In this document: in pieces, positions 12,801-27,800 of the stretch
How the letters are laid out: each line of letters begins with the position of its first letter
Numbering within the stretch: the stretch's first letter is position 1
Source of the DNA: Phoronis australis
Lineage: Eukaryota; Animalia; Phoronida
Assembly: GCA_002633005.1 (NCBI GenBank)
Contig: NMRA01000764.1
Location: forward strand, 95,499-159,498
Length of the DNA: 64,000 nucleotides
Direction of reading: 5' to 3'
Notes under the pieces: generated by a model
What the model was told of the DNA's origin: nothing
The model's database searches: none
Seen by the model: only the letters and a program-made list of their open reading frames with translations
Made by a program: the position numbers and the translations under genes

Positions 12801-15800
12801 AAAACAGCACAAGGAGGAGAAAATTTATTCATGTTAATCTGGGAAACGATATATTGTTTTTGCGCTCTGAAAATTCGCTCGCCATCTTGGCGACCGGCAA
12901 GTCAACTTCTACTCTCCCAGCACCATTTTTACTCGCATTGGCGACTGGGCGAGGTGTTAAGTATATCTCTGTTTAACATAGGAGTCTTAGAGCTTTCAAA
13001 ATTGAGCGCTGATGTTTTGAGTTGCATAATCAAAGGAGCACTAGTCATGGCTTCTATACCCTGTCACGTTGATAATGAGATGCATTGTCTTGGAGTCTGA
13101 CCAAAGTCCAAGACCATGGAATATTTTGCAGCAACAGAGCCTCGGGAAAAGTTTTGTTCAGAGACCAATTGGCTTTCAACCATGAAATAGGTTGCACAAA
13201 ATAAAGGGTGACTGTGTTTGCCTCATACAATTATAGGGTAGCACCTTAGATCTAATGTGTGTTTGCCTCATGCAGTTATTGGGTAGCACCGCAGTTCTGA
13301 TGCGTCTTGTCCTCATACAATTATTGGGTAGCACCTTAATTCTAATGCTTACTTATTATAAGTTCACAATGTTTGGTCTGCTGTCAAAAGTTTTGATTGT
13401 GTTTTTATTACTGTCAGTTTTGTTATAACCCTCACAACGTCATGCCACTGTTCATGCTATGCTCTGTTGTCTTGTAGTGTCCACCTCCCCCTGGTGCTCA
13501 GGAAGGTGTGCCTATTATTGTGGAGGACACAAATGACGATCTGTCCGACAGAGATGGCATGTATAAGAAACTTGAAGACACTCTTAAACGGCAAATAGTG
13601 GTGTGTACTCCGGCAATGAAGGAGGCTATGTGACGGGCTTAATGAAGGAGGCTATGTCACGGGCATAATGAAGGAGGCTATGTGACGGGCTTAATGAAAT
13701 TATTGTTAAGTTGTATAAGAAGCAAGAACACCAAGCTTTGTTCTAAAGAGCTGAATGACGTGGTTTTTTATTGTACAATTAATTTTAAAATGACGCAAAA
13801 TAGACTTTGGGGAGAACAGTTTAATGTGTACTGCAGCAATATGACAGTATGGACACACAGTACACTTTGGAGAAACTGTTGCATTCTTCTTGATCTTTGT
13901 GATGTTTTTTTCAATTTGGTCAACGATGTTTATGCTGTGCAAGGCTTTGCAAGTTACACTTGACAAAAGTAAGCATAAAAAGGTTAGCATTCTGATACTC
14001 TATGGCTATTTCTGTTTTCAGACGTGTAAAACCAACTCCAAACATTTTGTTCAATTGGGAGATGTTGCCTCGTCTACCAAGTAAGTACAGCACAGTGTGT
14101 TATACTGGTGTATGACTGTGTCTGACTCTGTATTGGTGAAGAACTGTGTGCTATACTCTGGTGTGTGACTGTGACTGACTGTATTGGTGAAGAACTGTTT
14201 GTTATACTCTGGTGTATGACTTTGACTCTGTATTGGTGAAGAACTGTGTGTTTGACTGTGTTTAACTGTGACCACGATAAAGGCCGTATTCAACGGTATA
14301 AGCCGTATTTCACGGTTGGTGAGCAGTCTCCTTGTCGAGTAAATTCGCGTGTGCAACGCCAGATTCGATTAAGTTTGTTCATTTGAGTTAATACCCAAAT
14401 CATCAATCCAGGGCTTCGTTCCTGAAAAAGCAGTTTTGCTCTAAAAACAGTTTTAATGTTCTGACGCAAAGTGATCAGGCGGCTATTTTTGGGCCTTGTT
14501 GAAGTTTCAATCTGCGTCATCATCAATGTGTCAAGCTAGAGTCACCGGCAAAATCAGCCAAAAATGTAACTCAAATCCAAAGAAAATGTTTCGTTATGGA
14601 TGCAAACTGTAAATCTACACTGAGAGCTATTAGGTCTTTACAGGGAATTAAGACCTAATAATGAGTATGTGTTTTTATGCGCCCACATATTTACATGTGG
14701 ACGCATCATGCCGTCATCTCCATCCATCTGCTGCTCTATCTTCAAAACCCTTTGACATGTTCTCGTGAAATTTTGCGCATATGTTCCCTTTGTCAATGGG
14801 ATGGCATGAGCCAACTTTCGGATGGATCCCAGAATCGGTGTGCCCCCTAGTGCCAACTTTAGCTTTTTACGCTTACCCGTGTATCTTCAAAGGTTCGGAA
14901 CATATTTTCATAAAATTTGGCGTATAGGTATCTATTGGTGAGATGACACAATCGTCCTGAACTCAACGTAGTTTGCACCACCTAGTGGCCATTTTTACTG
15001 TTTTTGAGCCTGTTTCTTGGCATCCACCCCTCTATCAACCAAATTGCTCTAAGGATGATTGTGAAAATTGGCATGTAGGTTCTTACTATGAAGAGTACTA
15101 CTCGTGATGACTTTGACTACTATTGCGCCTCCTACTGGCAGTTTTGTTGTTTTTGCGCTCATGGCTGTATCTTCTAAACGGTTTGCAGCATCTTTATTAA
15201 ATTTAGCAAGTGTATTTATATGATATTGGCAATGGGAGACGATGACTTTCAGATGTATCAGACTACTGGTGTGTCCCCTAGTAGCAATTGTATTTTTTAC
15301 ATTTACCTCTGTATCTTCAAAGGTCCTTTAGTTAGCCCGTTATCATAAAATTTGGAATATAGGCATCTATTAGTGAGATGACGCTATCCTCCCGTTTTCA
15401 GATGGAATTGAGGTATTTTGCGTCACCTAGTGGCCATTTTTGCTGTTTTTGAGTCCACCCTCTATCAACCAAACCATTCTAAGGATGATTTTGAAAATTG
15501 GCATATATGTTCTCAGTGTGAAGGGGACGGTTGACGATGACGATGACGATTTTGACTACTGTGGTGCCTCCTAGTGGTAGTTGTGTTTTGCGCCCGTAGC
15601 TGTATCTCTGAAACCCATTGCAGGATTTTTATTAAATTTTAGTAAGTGTATTTATATGAAGCTAACAAGAGACGACGACTTTTAGGCGAATCCAACGAAC
15701 GCTGTGCCCCCTCATGGCAATTTCATTTTGTATGCACCCACATATTTATATGTGGACGCATTATGCTGTCATCTCCGGAGTCCGGCTGCTCTATCTCCAA

Positions 15801-18800
15801 AACCCTTTGATGTACGTTCATGAAATTTTGCACATATGTTCCTATTATAGATGGGATGGCACTTTCAGACAGACCCGATTACCGGTGTGCCCCCTAGTGG
15901 CAATTTTAATCTTTTAAGCTTACCTCTGTATCTTCAAAGATCCTCAACATATTTTGATGAAATTTGGCATATTGGCATCTGTTAGTGAGATGACACCATC
16001 CTCTCGTTTTCGGATGGATTGGACCTAGTTTGCGCCACCTAGTGGCCATTTTTGCTGTTTTCGAGTCTGTTTTTTGACTTCTACCCCTCTATCAACCAAA
16101 CCGCTCTAAGCATGATTGTGGAAATTGGCATGTATATTTTTATTATGAAGAGGACGGCTGACAATGATTTTCCGACAATTTTGGTAACTGTGGTGCCTCC
16201 TAGTGGCAATTTTGTCTCTTTTTGCGCCCATGGCTGTATCTCCTAAACCGTTGGTAGGATCTTTACTAAATTCTGGAAGTGTCTTTATATGATGTTGACA
16301 ATAGATGACGACGACTTTCGGACAGATCTGAGTACTGGTGTGCCACCTAGTGGCAATTTAATTTTTTTACGTTTACCTCTGTATCTTCAAGGTATTTTCA
16401 TAAAATTTGGAATATAGGCACCTATTAGTAAGATGACGCTGTCCTACTGTTTTCAGATGGATTTGACGTAGTTTGCACCACCTAGTGGCCATTTTTGCTG
16501 TTTTCGAGTCTGTTTTTTGGCGTCCACCCCTCTATCAACCAAGCCACTATAAGGATGATTGTGGAATTTGGCATGTATGTTTTTATTAAGAAGAGGACGG
16601 TTGACGATGATTTTCCGATGATTTTGACTGCTGTGGCGCCTTCTAGTGGCAGTTTTGTCTCTTTTTGTGCCCATGGCTGTATCTCCTAAACCGTTGGCGG
16701 GATCTTTACTAAATTCTGCTTGTGTATTTGATGTTGACAATGGATGACGACAACTTTCGGATGGATCTGACTATCGGTGTGCCCCTTAGTGGCAATTTAA
16801 ATTTTTTTAGGTTTACCTCTGTATCTTCAAAGGTTCTCAACGTATTTTCATAAAATTTGACACCTATTAGTGAGATGAATCCATTTTCGGATGGATGTGA
16901 CGTAGTTTGGCGTCCACCTCACTATCAACCAAACTGCACTAAGGATGACTATGAAGCTGATGATGATTTTCCAATGACTTCGATTACTGTGGCGCCTCCT
17001 AGTAGCAGTTTTTTTTTTTGTGCCCATGGCTGTATCTCCTAAATGGTTTGCAGCATCTTTGCTAAGTTTAGCAAGACTTAGTGTGTTTATATGATGATGA
17101 CAACAACTTTCGGACGAATCTGACTACCAGTGTTCCCCTAGTGGCAGTTTTCATTTTTTAGGCTTACCTCTGTATCTTCAAAGGTGCTCGATGGATGATC
17201 AGAAAGTTTGGAATATAGCCATTATTGGTGAGATGATGCTATCCGCCTGCTTTCGGGTGGAATCAAGGTACTTTGCGTCACCTAGTGGCCATTTTTCCTG
17301 TTTTCAAGTCCAACCCTAGAAGCACTCCGTTTGCGGTGCATTCGTGGGCGTATTTCAACACTCCGCGTTGCTCTTGTTTTCATTGTCTTTAGTTTCTCTG
17401 AAGTTATTTCACAGATTTTTATGAAATGTGGTATTGAAATAGCTTTCTTTTATAGAAGCGGTGGCATGTTCCCGTTTTCGGATGGATTGTATGTTTTTAC
17501 GCCACCTAGTGGCCATGTTTATGATACAAAGAAACAATCCTACAAGCACCGCATTTGTGGTGCATTCTTGGGTGCATTTTGACATTCTGCGTTGTTCTAA
17601 CCTGTTACTGAGATAGCAGCGTTCAATGTACTCTCCGTTGCTGCTGGCTGTAGGTTAAAACCTGCTTGTTGCAATACAGTCCTTACCTCAAGTTCAGCAA
17701 ATCAGCAGAGTTTCCACCATTATTTTCCAATGCTGTGATCAACACAGGGAAGTGTTTCTATTACTATTTACAGTCAAGAAACTAATACACGAAAATAGAC
17801 CAATAAAACTAAGAAATTCTTTGACGCTTAAATGACACACTGCTGCAGACAACTGGTTTCAGGGATTGTTTCAAATTCCCAGATGGATTTTTCTAAGTTC
17901 CTGACAAACCTGTGATATTATTGAATGGTCAAGTGCTTTAACTTGTATATTTCGCAAACAAAAAATTCTGATCAATTTATTATGAAATAAAACTTTCACA
18001 GATTGTCTTGTCACTTAACCAGCTTGGCAACAACAAGCCAGATCACATGGCAACAAGGTATTGCCGCGATGATGCAAATAAGTCTATATAACATGGGGTA
18101 AATAGGATGAAATGAATTGGAGATAGGCAATCACAGTAGTATTCCTATGTATGTGGGATAACCTATATTTATACTGGTGTATGACTGTTGCTGACTGTAT
18201 TCAATTTGGTGAAGTCCAAAGTGTTACACTGGTTGATGTATGGCTGGTTCTTGTATCTGTTGGACCAATGTATTGGTCCGATTCTGTTTTGATGGCCGTA
18301 AATGAGTTGTACCTGTTGCTGTTGGACCAATGACAATGTATTGGTGTGAATCTGTATTGGTGGTTATTAATGAGTTGTTGTCGCTGTTGGACCAATGTAT
18401 TGGTCTGATTCTGTATTGCAGTGTATAGCTGTCAAAATGTACATAGTAAGTTCATACTTTCTGATATTTCTGTTCATTTTGTTCTTACATGTTGCAGCAA
18501 TACACCAGTTTTGATTATCCTCGCTTCAGGTTTGAAAAAATGGCAGACAACTGTCGGAAGGATTTAGATGCTCTTGCGAATGCTTACAAACACGGAGACC
18601 CTGTGCCACGGTTCCATTATGAGATGAGGTCCTTTACTATACTACAGTAAGTGGAGTAGACTCATGTTGACATGGCAATGTGTTCCAGTCATAGATATGC
18701 CATGTTGTTGTTTGATGCCACTTTACTTAAAGTTTGTAATTGACATATTGTGCTTCTGCTACTTATGTTACATGAAAGGTAAAACTTTTGTTTTTAAATC

Positions 18801-21800
18801 TTGAACATATGACATTGTGTAGTTTAATTTCAGTATGACTTCCTAAAATTTCTTCGAGTTAGTAAGTAAATATAACATCATGTCTAATTATTATCCAAGT
18901 GCCGTCCATGAGTGCACCAGATTCTCATGCTTGTTCTTATAAGAATGCTGTAATATCTGGAGATGGTCATAGAAATGATTGACTGAAATGCCTTGCCCAT
19001 GTAGTGGCTAGAAGTTGGTGTGAAGTAGACCAAGACATTTAAGAGGCATTTCTAGAGAAAATATACGATAAGGTTGGTGGATCGACTTTCATCTCTGAAA
19101 ACAACAGTGTAGGTGGCAGTATTATTGAGTTAAGAATGGCTATATGCTCATTTTACCCCAAAACTGCTTGCTTGGTGTTAGTGGTCAATTCTGTACTGCT
19201 AGGTTCCAGTAAGCAAAAGAAAATTTTGACTTAAATATTGGGGATATCCTCGTGGTTTCAAAGTCTCTCAATTAAACTGACTGTTATAGTACTAAATTGA
19301 TGAAAAATATGCTTCAATAGAAATTGGGTGAAAGCTTAATTTTGTAAGCTTCCAAGAATTGAAAGGATAGTGGATTATCTCAGTTTATTCAGGAATTGAT
19401 TTGAATTTTATTTTTGTTTTGGAAATTTCATTGCCTCGATCAAGAGGAGAAAGTCTGTGATTTATTTGATATCAGCTTGAGGGAGGTCACACACAAACTT
19501 TGTGATTTGACGCAATTGAAACTCAGAGGTTGGACTTGGAAAAGATTTGATTGTCAAATTTTATGAATGTTTCTTGTTCTAATGAGGCATGATGAGACTC
19601 AAGTGCCTGTGCTTCATCCTGCAGTGAAATACACAATTCCTGGAACTCCAACCCTCTGCTCATAATTCTCTTTTCCTCTAGATCCAACCCTGAACTTGGT
19701 GACTCTGACCTGTTGCTGACCGTAGTGAGAGGTGTACAGTTTGCACTGCCATCTGGTTACCAGGCACATGAACTAGATACATACGTCAGATGTGAGCTGC
19801 CATATCCCAATGTAAGTCACGTGTTGAAGAATTCATTCTCTCTCAGACCTCGTCTGTATTGTTCATAGACAAGTCACCTGGTGTGTCACCTGTTATACTA
19901 TTCATGATTTCCCAGATCTTGGCCTTATTGTTCATAGACGCGTCACCTGGGTGCAAGTCATGTGTTGGACTATTCCTTATTTCCCAGATCTCAGGTATAT
20001 TGTTCATAGACGTGTCACCTGGTGTAAGGAGGAAGACTTAATCAGGAAGGGGCAACTGTTGGTGCATGCTTACATAATTATTTTCACCTGTTTTAGTCAT
20101 CAGCAATCCATGCATTGTGAGTTGATTTTGAAGTGTTTTTACTTACAAGAAATTCAAGTACATGTATCTCAAGAAGTCAAAAATTTATACTAGGCCTGAG
20201 ATATATTAATTTTGATTAAAGGTGTGTTGATTGGAAGAATCCTGGTCAGGGGTGACTGTGATTGAAAAGTTGCTAAACAATCTCTCTCTTGGATGCTGTC
20301 AAAGGGGGAGGGCAGAGACAGTCATAAAAACGTGTCCACGTTGCACTTTAAAACAGCATGCTGGTTACGTTTTGGTCATGACCTATAAAGTAGTGTCGCG
20401 AGCTCCCTGTCCTCCCCCCATGGTGATGTTACTGTATGATACATAATAGACTTAAAACAGTTTAAAACATGCATTCTATGACAGAAACCAACTTTTGATG
20501 TAGCCCACTTAATCTCAAATTTTTCCTTTATCAAAATAGGTGGCTTAGAAGGAACTTGTCTAGCAGTTCATTTTTGCTTGAGATTTGGCTTGTCACGGCC
20601 AGCGGGGTCTTGAGCTATGACCTGCTGTCAGTTTACAGGACCAAAATACAAGTCGGCTTATCACGGCCAGCATGGTCTCAAGCTATGGCCTACTGTCAGT
20701 TTACAGGACAAAAATCAAATGTTTGTTTAAAATGTTAAATATTTATTGATAACATTACTTGGATTTATAACGTATTTATATCTTATATGTCAATTGTCAT
20801 TTTGTGTTTGATTTTACTTTATTTCTGTTTTTGTTGATAAAGGAAGTTGTTACATCCGAAAATTTCAAATTTCAGTTGATCCATTCTTGTTGTTTTATTT
20901 ACCGATTTATATTTTGGATTTATAATGTACTGTTTGTGCAGGAAACACCACAGGTTCATGATACTGAGACTGTTAAACACACCAATAGTCCTGAATACAC
21001 TGAATCATTCCGAATGGAAATAAATAGAAAAGCTAGAACTTTTGCACGAGTGGTAAAGAGCAAGTCACTTAAAGCTGAAGTTTACTACAAAAGGTAAGTG
21101 CATTATGACGTACAATGTTCTCAGCTGTCTTAAGTCTCGTTCAACATTGCTTTTCTGATGAACCATATTACGTTGTGCATAGTATACCGTCAGAGAGTTT
21201 TCAGTAAGGTCACCCCGGATTACACAGCGACACCCGAATCTCACTGTATGTACCCACAATGCCATAAACATTCGTCAGGCACATTTGCTGCCCCGTTTTC
21301 ATGCCACTGGAGTTTCCTGGTTTTTAACAAGTTTTTCTCGGTTGCATTACTCTTTTCGTCCTTTCATTGCCAATGAAGTTGTATTGCTGTACTGTGGCTG
21401 CAACTCCTATGTGAGAATGTTTAATGAACTGGACAAATACCCTTGGATTTGTGATCTGAAATTCATTGCCTTCCTGACATCAGTGAGAGAAATGAAAATG
21501 TGCCTGATTTTCAAAACTAGGTCAAGCTCTTTCTTATCTCCTGGACAAAGGAGAGTTCTATGGCCATGTAATCCAGTACCGCCATATTGATAAATTGTAC
21601 CAAGCATGTTTAGTTGTGCCACCTGCCAAAAGTGAAATGAGTTGCAGTTGATGGTGAAAGGCTGAACAGAACTGTGGTTAAAATGAAAGAAATACAGCTG
21701 GTAAAAGAGAATTGTTTTCATGAAAATGAACATTATGTTTATTAGTAAATTGTCCAAGTAATCCGAGTGTCCAAGGTTGTTTGCCGAGAATAAAAGCTCA

Positions 21801-24800
21801 TAAAATCTGGTAAAATTCTGCTGCCTTTCATTTTGCGAGCTATTTGTATTGATTCGTAAAACAGTTACGGAAAATACAACTTTTTTACTAGCAACCGCTG
21901 CACAGTTTGAATGTTTTGATAATGTTCACCAATCTCTACATCTAATGGAAGTGTATTGAAGAATACAGCTTCTTTTTCGTTTTAGGGGATTTTTAAAAAG
22001 TGATAAATTACTCGGCACTGTCCAAATGAAGTTAGAAGGATTGGAGAAAAGATGTACGCTTCATGAAAGTTTAGATGTGAGTATTTTTTGATTAAAAGGT
22101 TACACAATCATGGCAAAATAACAAAAATGTGATGAGACGGGCAGTTGCTTTGAAAACAGAGTGCAACATTGCATGACTAATGTGATGAGACTGGGCAGTT
22201 GCTCAGAAAATGGAGCTCAGCACTGCAGGGCTAATGTGATGAGAGTGGGGTGCTGCTCAGAAAACACAGAGCAGCACTGCAGGGCTAATGTGATGAGAGT
22301 GCGGTGCTGCTCAGAAAACACAGAGCAGCACTGCAGGGCTAATATGATATATGTCTGACTCATGGCATAGGGCCTTGCAGTTGTCTGTGAACACCAGCAG
22401 AGGGCTACAAAGTTTTTGTGGAAACCAGTCACATTTTAATTATCAAGTTGACATACACAGTATGTGGGAGAATGACAGCACTGTCAAGTAGACATACACA
22501 GTGTACAGGAGAATACAACACTGTACACATAATCAAGTAGACATACACAGTGTACAGGAGAATACAACACTGTACACATAATCAAGTAGACATACACAGT
22601 GTACAGGAGAATACAACACTGTACACATAATCAAGTAGACATACACAGTGTANNNNNNNNNNNNNNNNNNNNNNNNNNNNNNNNNNNNNNNNNNNNNNNN
22701 NNNNNNNNNNNNNNNNNNNNNNNNNNNNNNNNNNNNNNNNNNNNNNNNNNNNNNNNNNNNNNNNNNNNNNNNNNNNNNNNNNNNNNNNNNNNNNNNNNNN
22801 NNNNNNNNNNNNNNNNNNNNNNNNNNNNNNNNNNNNNNNNNNNNNNNNNNNNNNNNNNNNNNNNNNNNNNNNNNNNNNNNNNNNNNNNNNNNNNNNNNNN
22901 NNNNNNNNNNNNNNNNNNNNNNNNNNNNNNNNNNNNNNNNNNNNNNNNNNNNNNNNNNNNNNNNNNNNNNNNNNNNNNNNNNNNNNNNNNNNNNNNNNNN
23001 NNNNNNNNNNNNNNNNNNNNNNNNNNNNNNNNNNNNNNNNNNNNNNNNNNNNNNNNNNNNNNNNNNNNNNNNNNNNNNNNNNNNNNNNNNNNNNNNNNNN
23101 NNNNNNNNNNNNNNNNNNNNNNNNNNNNNNNNNNNNNNNNNNNNNNNNNNNNNNNNNNNNNNNNNNNNNNNNNNNNNNNNNNNNNNNNNNNNNNNNNNNN
23201 NNNNNNNNNNNNNNNNNNNNNNNNNNNNNNNNNNNNNNNNNNNNNNNNNNNNNNNNNNNNNNNNNNNNNNNNNNNNNNNNNNNNNNNNNNNNNNNNNNNN
23301 NNNNNNNNNNNNNNNNNNNNNNNNNNNNNNNNNNNNNNNNNNNNNNNNNNNNNNNNNNNNNNNNNNNNNNNNNNNNNNNNNNNNNNNNNNNNNNNNNNNN
23401 NNNNNNNNNNNNNNNNNNNNNNNNNNNNNNNNNNNNNNNNNNNNNNNNNNNNNNNNNNNNNNNNNNNNNNNNNNNNNNNNNNNNNNNNNNNNNNNNNNNN
23501 NNNNNNNNNNNNNNNNNNNNNNCTGTACATAGGGATGGTAGTGCGGTCACTGTACATAGGGATGGTAGTGCGGTCACTGTACATAGGGATGGTAGTGCGG
23601 TCACTGTACATAGGGATGGTAGTGCGGTCACTGTACATAGGGATGGTAGTGCGGTCACTGTACATAGGGATGGTAGTGCGGTCACTGTACATAGGGATGG
23701 TAGTGCGGTCACTGTACATAGGGATGGTAGTGCGGTCACTGTACATAGGGATGGTAGTGCGGTCACTGTACATAGGGATGGTAGTGCGGTCACTGTACAT
23801 AGGGATGGTAGTGCGGTCACTGTACATAGGGATGGTAGTGCGGTCACTGTACATAGGGATGGTAGTTTGGTCACTGTACATAGGGATGGTAGTGTGGTCA
23901 CTGTACATAGGGATGGTAGTGCGTCTAAACAGATATACCTTGACACCATGCTTGGCGCCTAAACAGATACACCTTGACACCATGCTCAGCACCCAAACAG
24001 ATACACCTTGACAAGCTAAGTTGTACAGCCTGGTCTCCAGTCACAACAAACCGTCACTGCCCTGGGGGCTAAGAAACAATTTGAGAGAAACTTCTTAGTG
24101 GCAAGTATTTAAAATCACCTCTTTGTTTTCAAAATCAAAGCTGGGCTTATTGCTGTTTAGCAATGTGAAGTGTGAAAGTCACATGTATGTGAAGTGTGAA
24201 AGTCACATGTACTGGACTGCTTGAATAGAGCCTCCTGCCTACATTACAGCGTATATCCGCTCCATTGGCGCCTCCATTGCTCAGTACATTGATGAGGCCC
24301 ACAAGTTACAGACAAGAGGACATACAGACAAGGCAAAGTTGTACATGCAAAAGAAGGAGCGAGTGGAAGCTGAGGTAATAGAGATTTACTCATTCATGTT
24401 TTGAACATATTGTTTTGAAGACCTTTTAGATTATCATAGAAAAAACGTCTTAAGCTTCCTGTATAGTCGTTGGCGTCTTGTTCATTATTTTAAGTTATCA
24501 CATTGTTTTACATTGCCAAAAATTGGACATTTGTTTACATACAGCATTCATTCCAAGAATGACGTTTTACCTGACTGTCCACATCAGCGGACCGAACATT
24601 GCAAGTGGCCAGTACTTTTTCAGCTAGTTTTGCAGGACCCATGCGGGCTCGATTGCCACCCTTAATTTCCATTGTAGCCCTGCGAAGGTGCACTGAATTG
24701 GCCTCACCTCTGCATAAGGCTCACTGGGTTGGCCTCAGCCCCGTTAAAGACTCGCTGAATTGGCCAGGGTGATCTCTCTACCCACACAATAAGCATATTA

Positions 24801-27800
24801 ATAACCATCACCTCTGCCTGTCCAGGCCTCCATCATCCACAGATGTATTTCTTAATTCAATCACAGCATCTTCATGAGATATGCCTGGCGATAGATGATA
24901 ATGATCCTCGGACAGATCAGACTACCGGTGTTCCCCCTAGTGGCAATTTTTGTTTTTTACGTTTACCTCTGTGTCATCGAAGGTCTTCAACAAATTTTTA
25001 TGAAATTTGGCACACAGTCATCTATTAATGAGGTGATGCTATCTTCCCAATTTCGTATGGATGCGTTATACTTTGGGCCACCTAGTGGCCGTTTATATGT
25101 TTTTTGAGTATCTTTTTGCCGTCAGCCCATTTATCTACCAAACCACTCTAAGGATGATTGTGAAAATTGGCATATATGCTCTTGATGTTGCGACGATTTT
25201 CTACGACTTTGACTACTGTGGCGCCTTCTAGTGGCATTTTTATGCGCCCACATATTTATATGTGGACGTAGTATGCCGTCATCTCCGTCCGTCCGTACGG
25301 GCGGCATCCGTCCAGCGTCTGGCGTCCGGCGTCCGCTGCTCTATCTCCAAAACCCTTTGACATATGTTCATGAAATTTGGCACGTATGTTCCATTCATGA
25401 ATGGGACGGCATGTGCGAACTTTCGGACGGTTCCGACTACCGGTGTGCCCCCTAGTGGCAATTTTAGTTTTTTATGCTTACCTTTGTATCTTCAAAAGTC
25501 GTGAACGGATTTTCATGAAATTTGGTATGTAAGCACCTATTATTGAGATGCCGCTATCCTCCCGTTTTCAGATGGATTTGACATAGTTTGCGCCACCTAG
25601 TGGCCATTTTTACTGTTTTCGAGTCTGTATTTTTGCGTCCACCCCTCTATCAACCAAACCGCTCAAAGGATGATTGTGAAAATTGGCATGTATGTGCTTA
25701 CTATAAAGAAGACAGTTGACAATGATTTTCAGACGATTTGGGTTACTGTGGCGCCTCCTNNNNNNNNNNNNNNNNNNNNNNNNNNNNNNNNNNNNNNNNN
25801 NNNNNNNNNNNNNNNNNNNNNNNNNNNNNNNNNNNNNNNNNNNNNNNNNNNNNNNNNNNNNNNNNNNNNNNNNNNNNNNNNNNNNNNNNNNNNNNNNNNN
25901 NNNNNNNNNNNNNNNNNNNNNNNNNNNNNNNNNNNNNNNNNNNNNNNNNNNNNNNNNNNNNNNNNNNNNNNNNNNNNNNNNNNNNNNNNNNNNNNNNNNN
26001 NNNNNNNNNNNNNNNNNNNNNNNNNNNNNNNNNNNNNNNNNNNNNNNNNNNNNNNNNNNNNNNNNNNNNNNNNNNNNNNNNNNNTTCTATGTTTCTGTGG
26101 TGCTTTAAGCAACTGATGTATAGGATGTGCTTGTATTATGAAGATCACTCACATTTTGCCCCTAGCCTATTGAGGAGACAATGACCATGCCTTTCCATTT
26201 TGCAAAGTATAACATACTACATATATGCCCTCTACTGGCCACTTTATGGTACCAAAAAACAACCCTAGAAGGATACCGTATACGGTGCAATTGTGGGCGC
26301 ATTTCAACGCTCTGCGTTGCTCTTGTTGTTTTTCCTGTGCTCATAGCTGTATCTCTTAAACATTCTGCTGGATCTTTATCTTTATTAAATTTAGCAAGTG
26401 TATTTATATGAAGTTGACTATGGGCAACGACGACTTTCAGACTGATTGGTCGGACATTGTGCTCCCTTGCACCAATTTCATTTTTTTCCATTTTCCTCTG
26501 TTTCTCTGAAGCTCCTTGACGAATTTTTATGAAATTTGGTATAGGTTTCTATTAAAGAAACGATGACATTTCCCAATTTTCGGATGGATTTGACGTATTG
26601 TGCGCCATCTAATGGCCTTTTTTACTTTTTATCTAATCAGTCCTCTCCTCTATCAACCAAACCACGCCAAGGATGAAAATTGGCATTTAAGAAGTTGACA
26701 ACGGACATCGACGACATTTGGATGGAACCAACTACCGCTGTGCCCCTTATTGGCATTTGTTTCATTGTACCTTTGAAACTCAGCTGCAGATTTTTCGGGA
26801 ATTTAATAAATATGCATATATTAAGGAGACGACGACACCGTCTCATTTCCGGACGGATTTGATGTATTCTGCGCCTCTCAGAGTCTGTACTCTGCCGTAG
26901 CCATTTTAACAATTTTTGACTAGGTGTTTGGCATCACCCTCATTACTAAAATTTGGACATGTGTTTCTGTTGAGAAGACCGAATTTGACGTTGATTTTTG
27001 GATGTGTGTTCAACTACTCTGGCCCCCCTAGTGGCCATTTTTTATGCGCCCACATATTTGTATGTGGACGCATTGTGCCGTCATCCCTGTCAGTCCGGCG
27101 TCCATCCAAAACCCTGTGCTGACTGTTCATGCAATTGTGCACAAGTCATGTGTTCCTTTCATGGATGGGACAGCATCAGCGAACTTTTGGATGGATCAGA
27201 CTACCAGTGTGCCCCTAGTGGCAATTTTAGTTCTTTATCTTTACTTCTGTATCTATAAAGTTTCTCACATGCTTTCATAAAATTTGCCATATAGGCATCT
27301 ATTATTGAGATGACACTATCCTTTGATTTTTGTATGGATTCGACTTAGTTTGCGCCACCTAGTGGCCATTTTCTCTTCTCTCGATTCTGTTTTTTGGCAT
27401 CCACCCCTCTGTCAACCAAGCCGCTCTAAGGACGATTGTGAAAATTGGCATGTATGTTCTTATTATGAAGAGGACAGCTCACGATGATTTTCTAATGACT
27501 TTCACTTCTGTGGCGCCTCTTAGTTACAGTTTTGTTTTTTGCACCCTTGGCTAAATCTCCTTAACCCTCTGCAGGATCTTTACTAAATGTAGCAAGTGTA
27601 TTTATATGATGTTGACAACGAACGACAACAACCTTCAGACAGATCTGGCTACCGGTGTGCCCCCTAGTGGCAATTTCATTTTTTTACGATTACCTCTCTG
27701 TCTTCAAAGATCCTCAACAGATTTTCATAAAATTTGGAATATAGGCATCTATTGGTGAGATGACGGTATCCTCCCGTTTTTGAATGGAAATGATTTATTT

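Noticed and set aside
22582-24011. 450-470 aa ORFs in the ORF track
   Set aside because: Artefacts of the N gap plus a stop-free 27-bp minisatellite. The same applies to the X-filled ORFs at 2442-3212 and 25670-26184, apart from the real CC2D1 exons inside the former.
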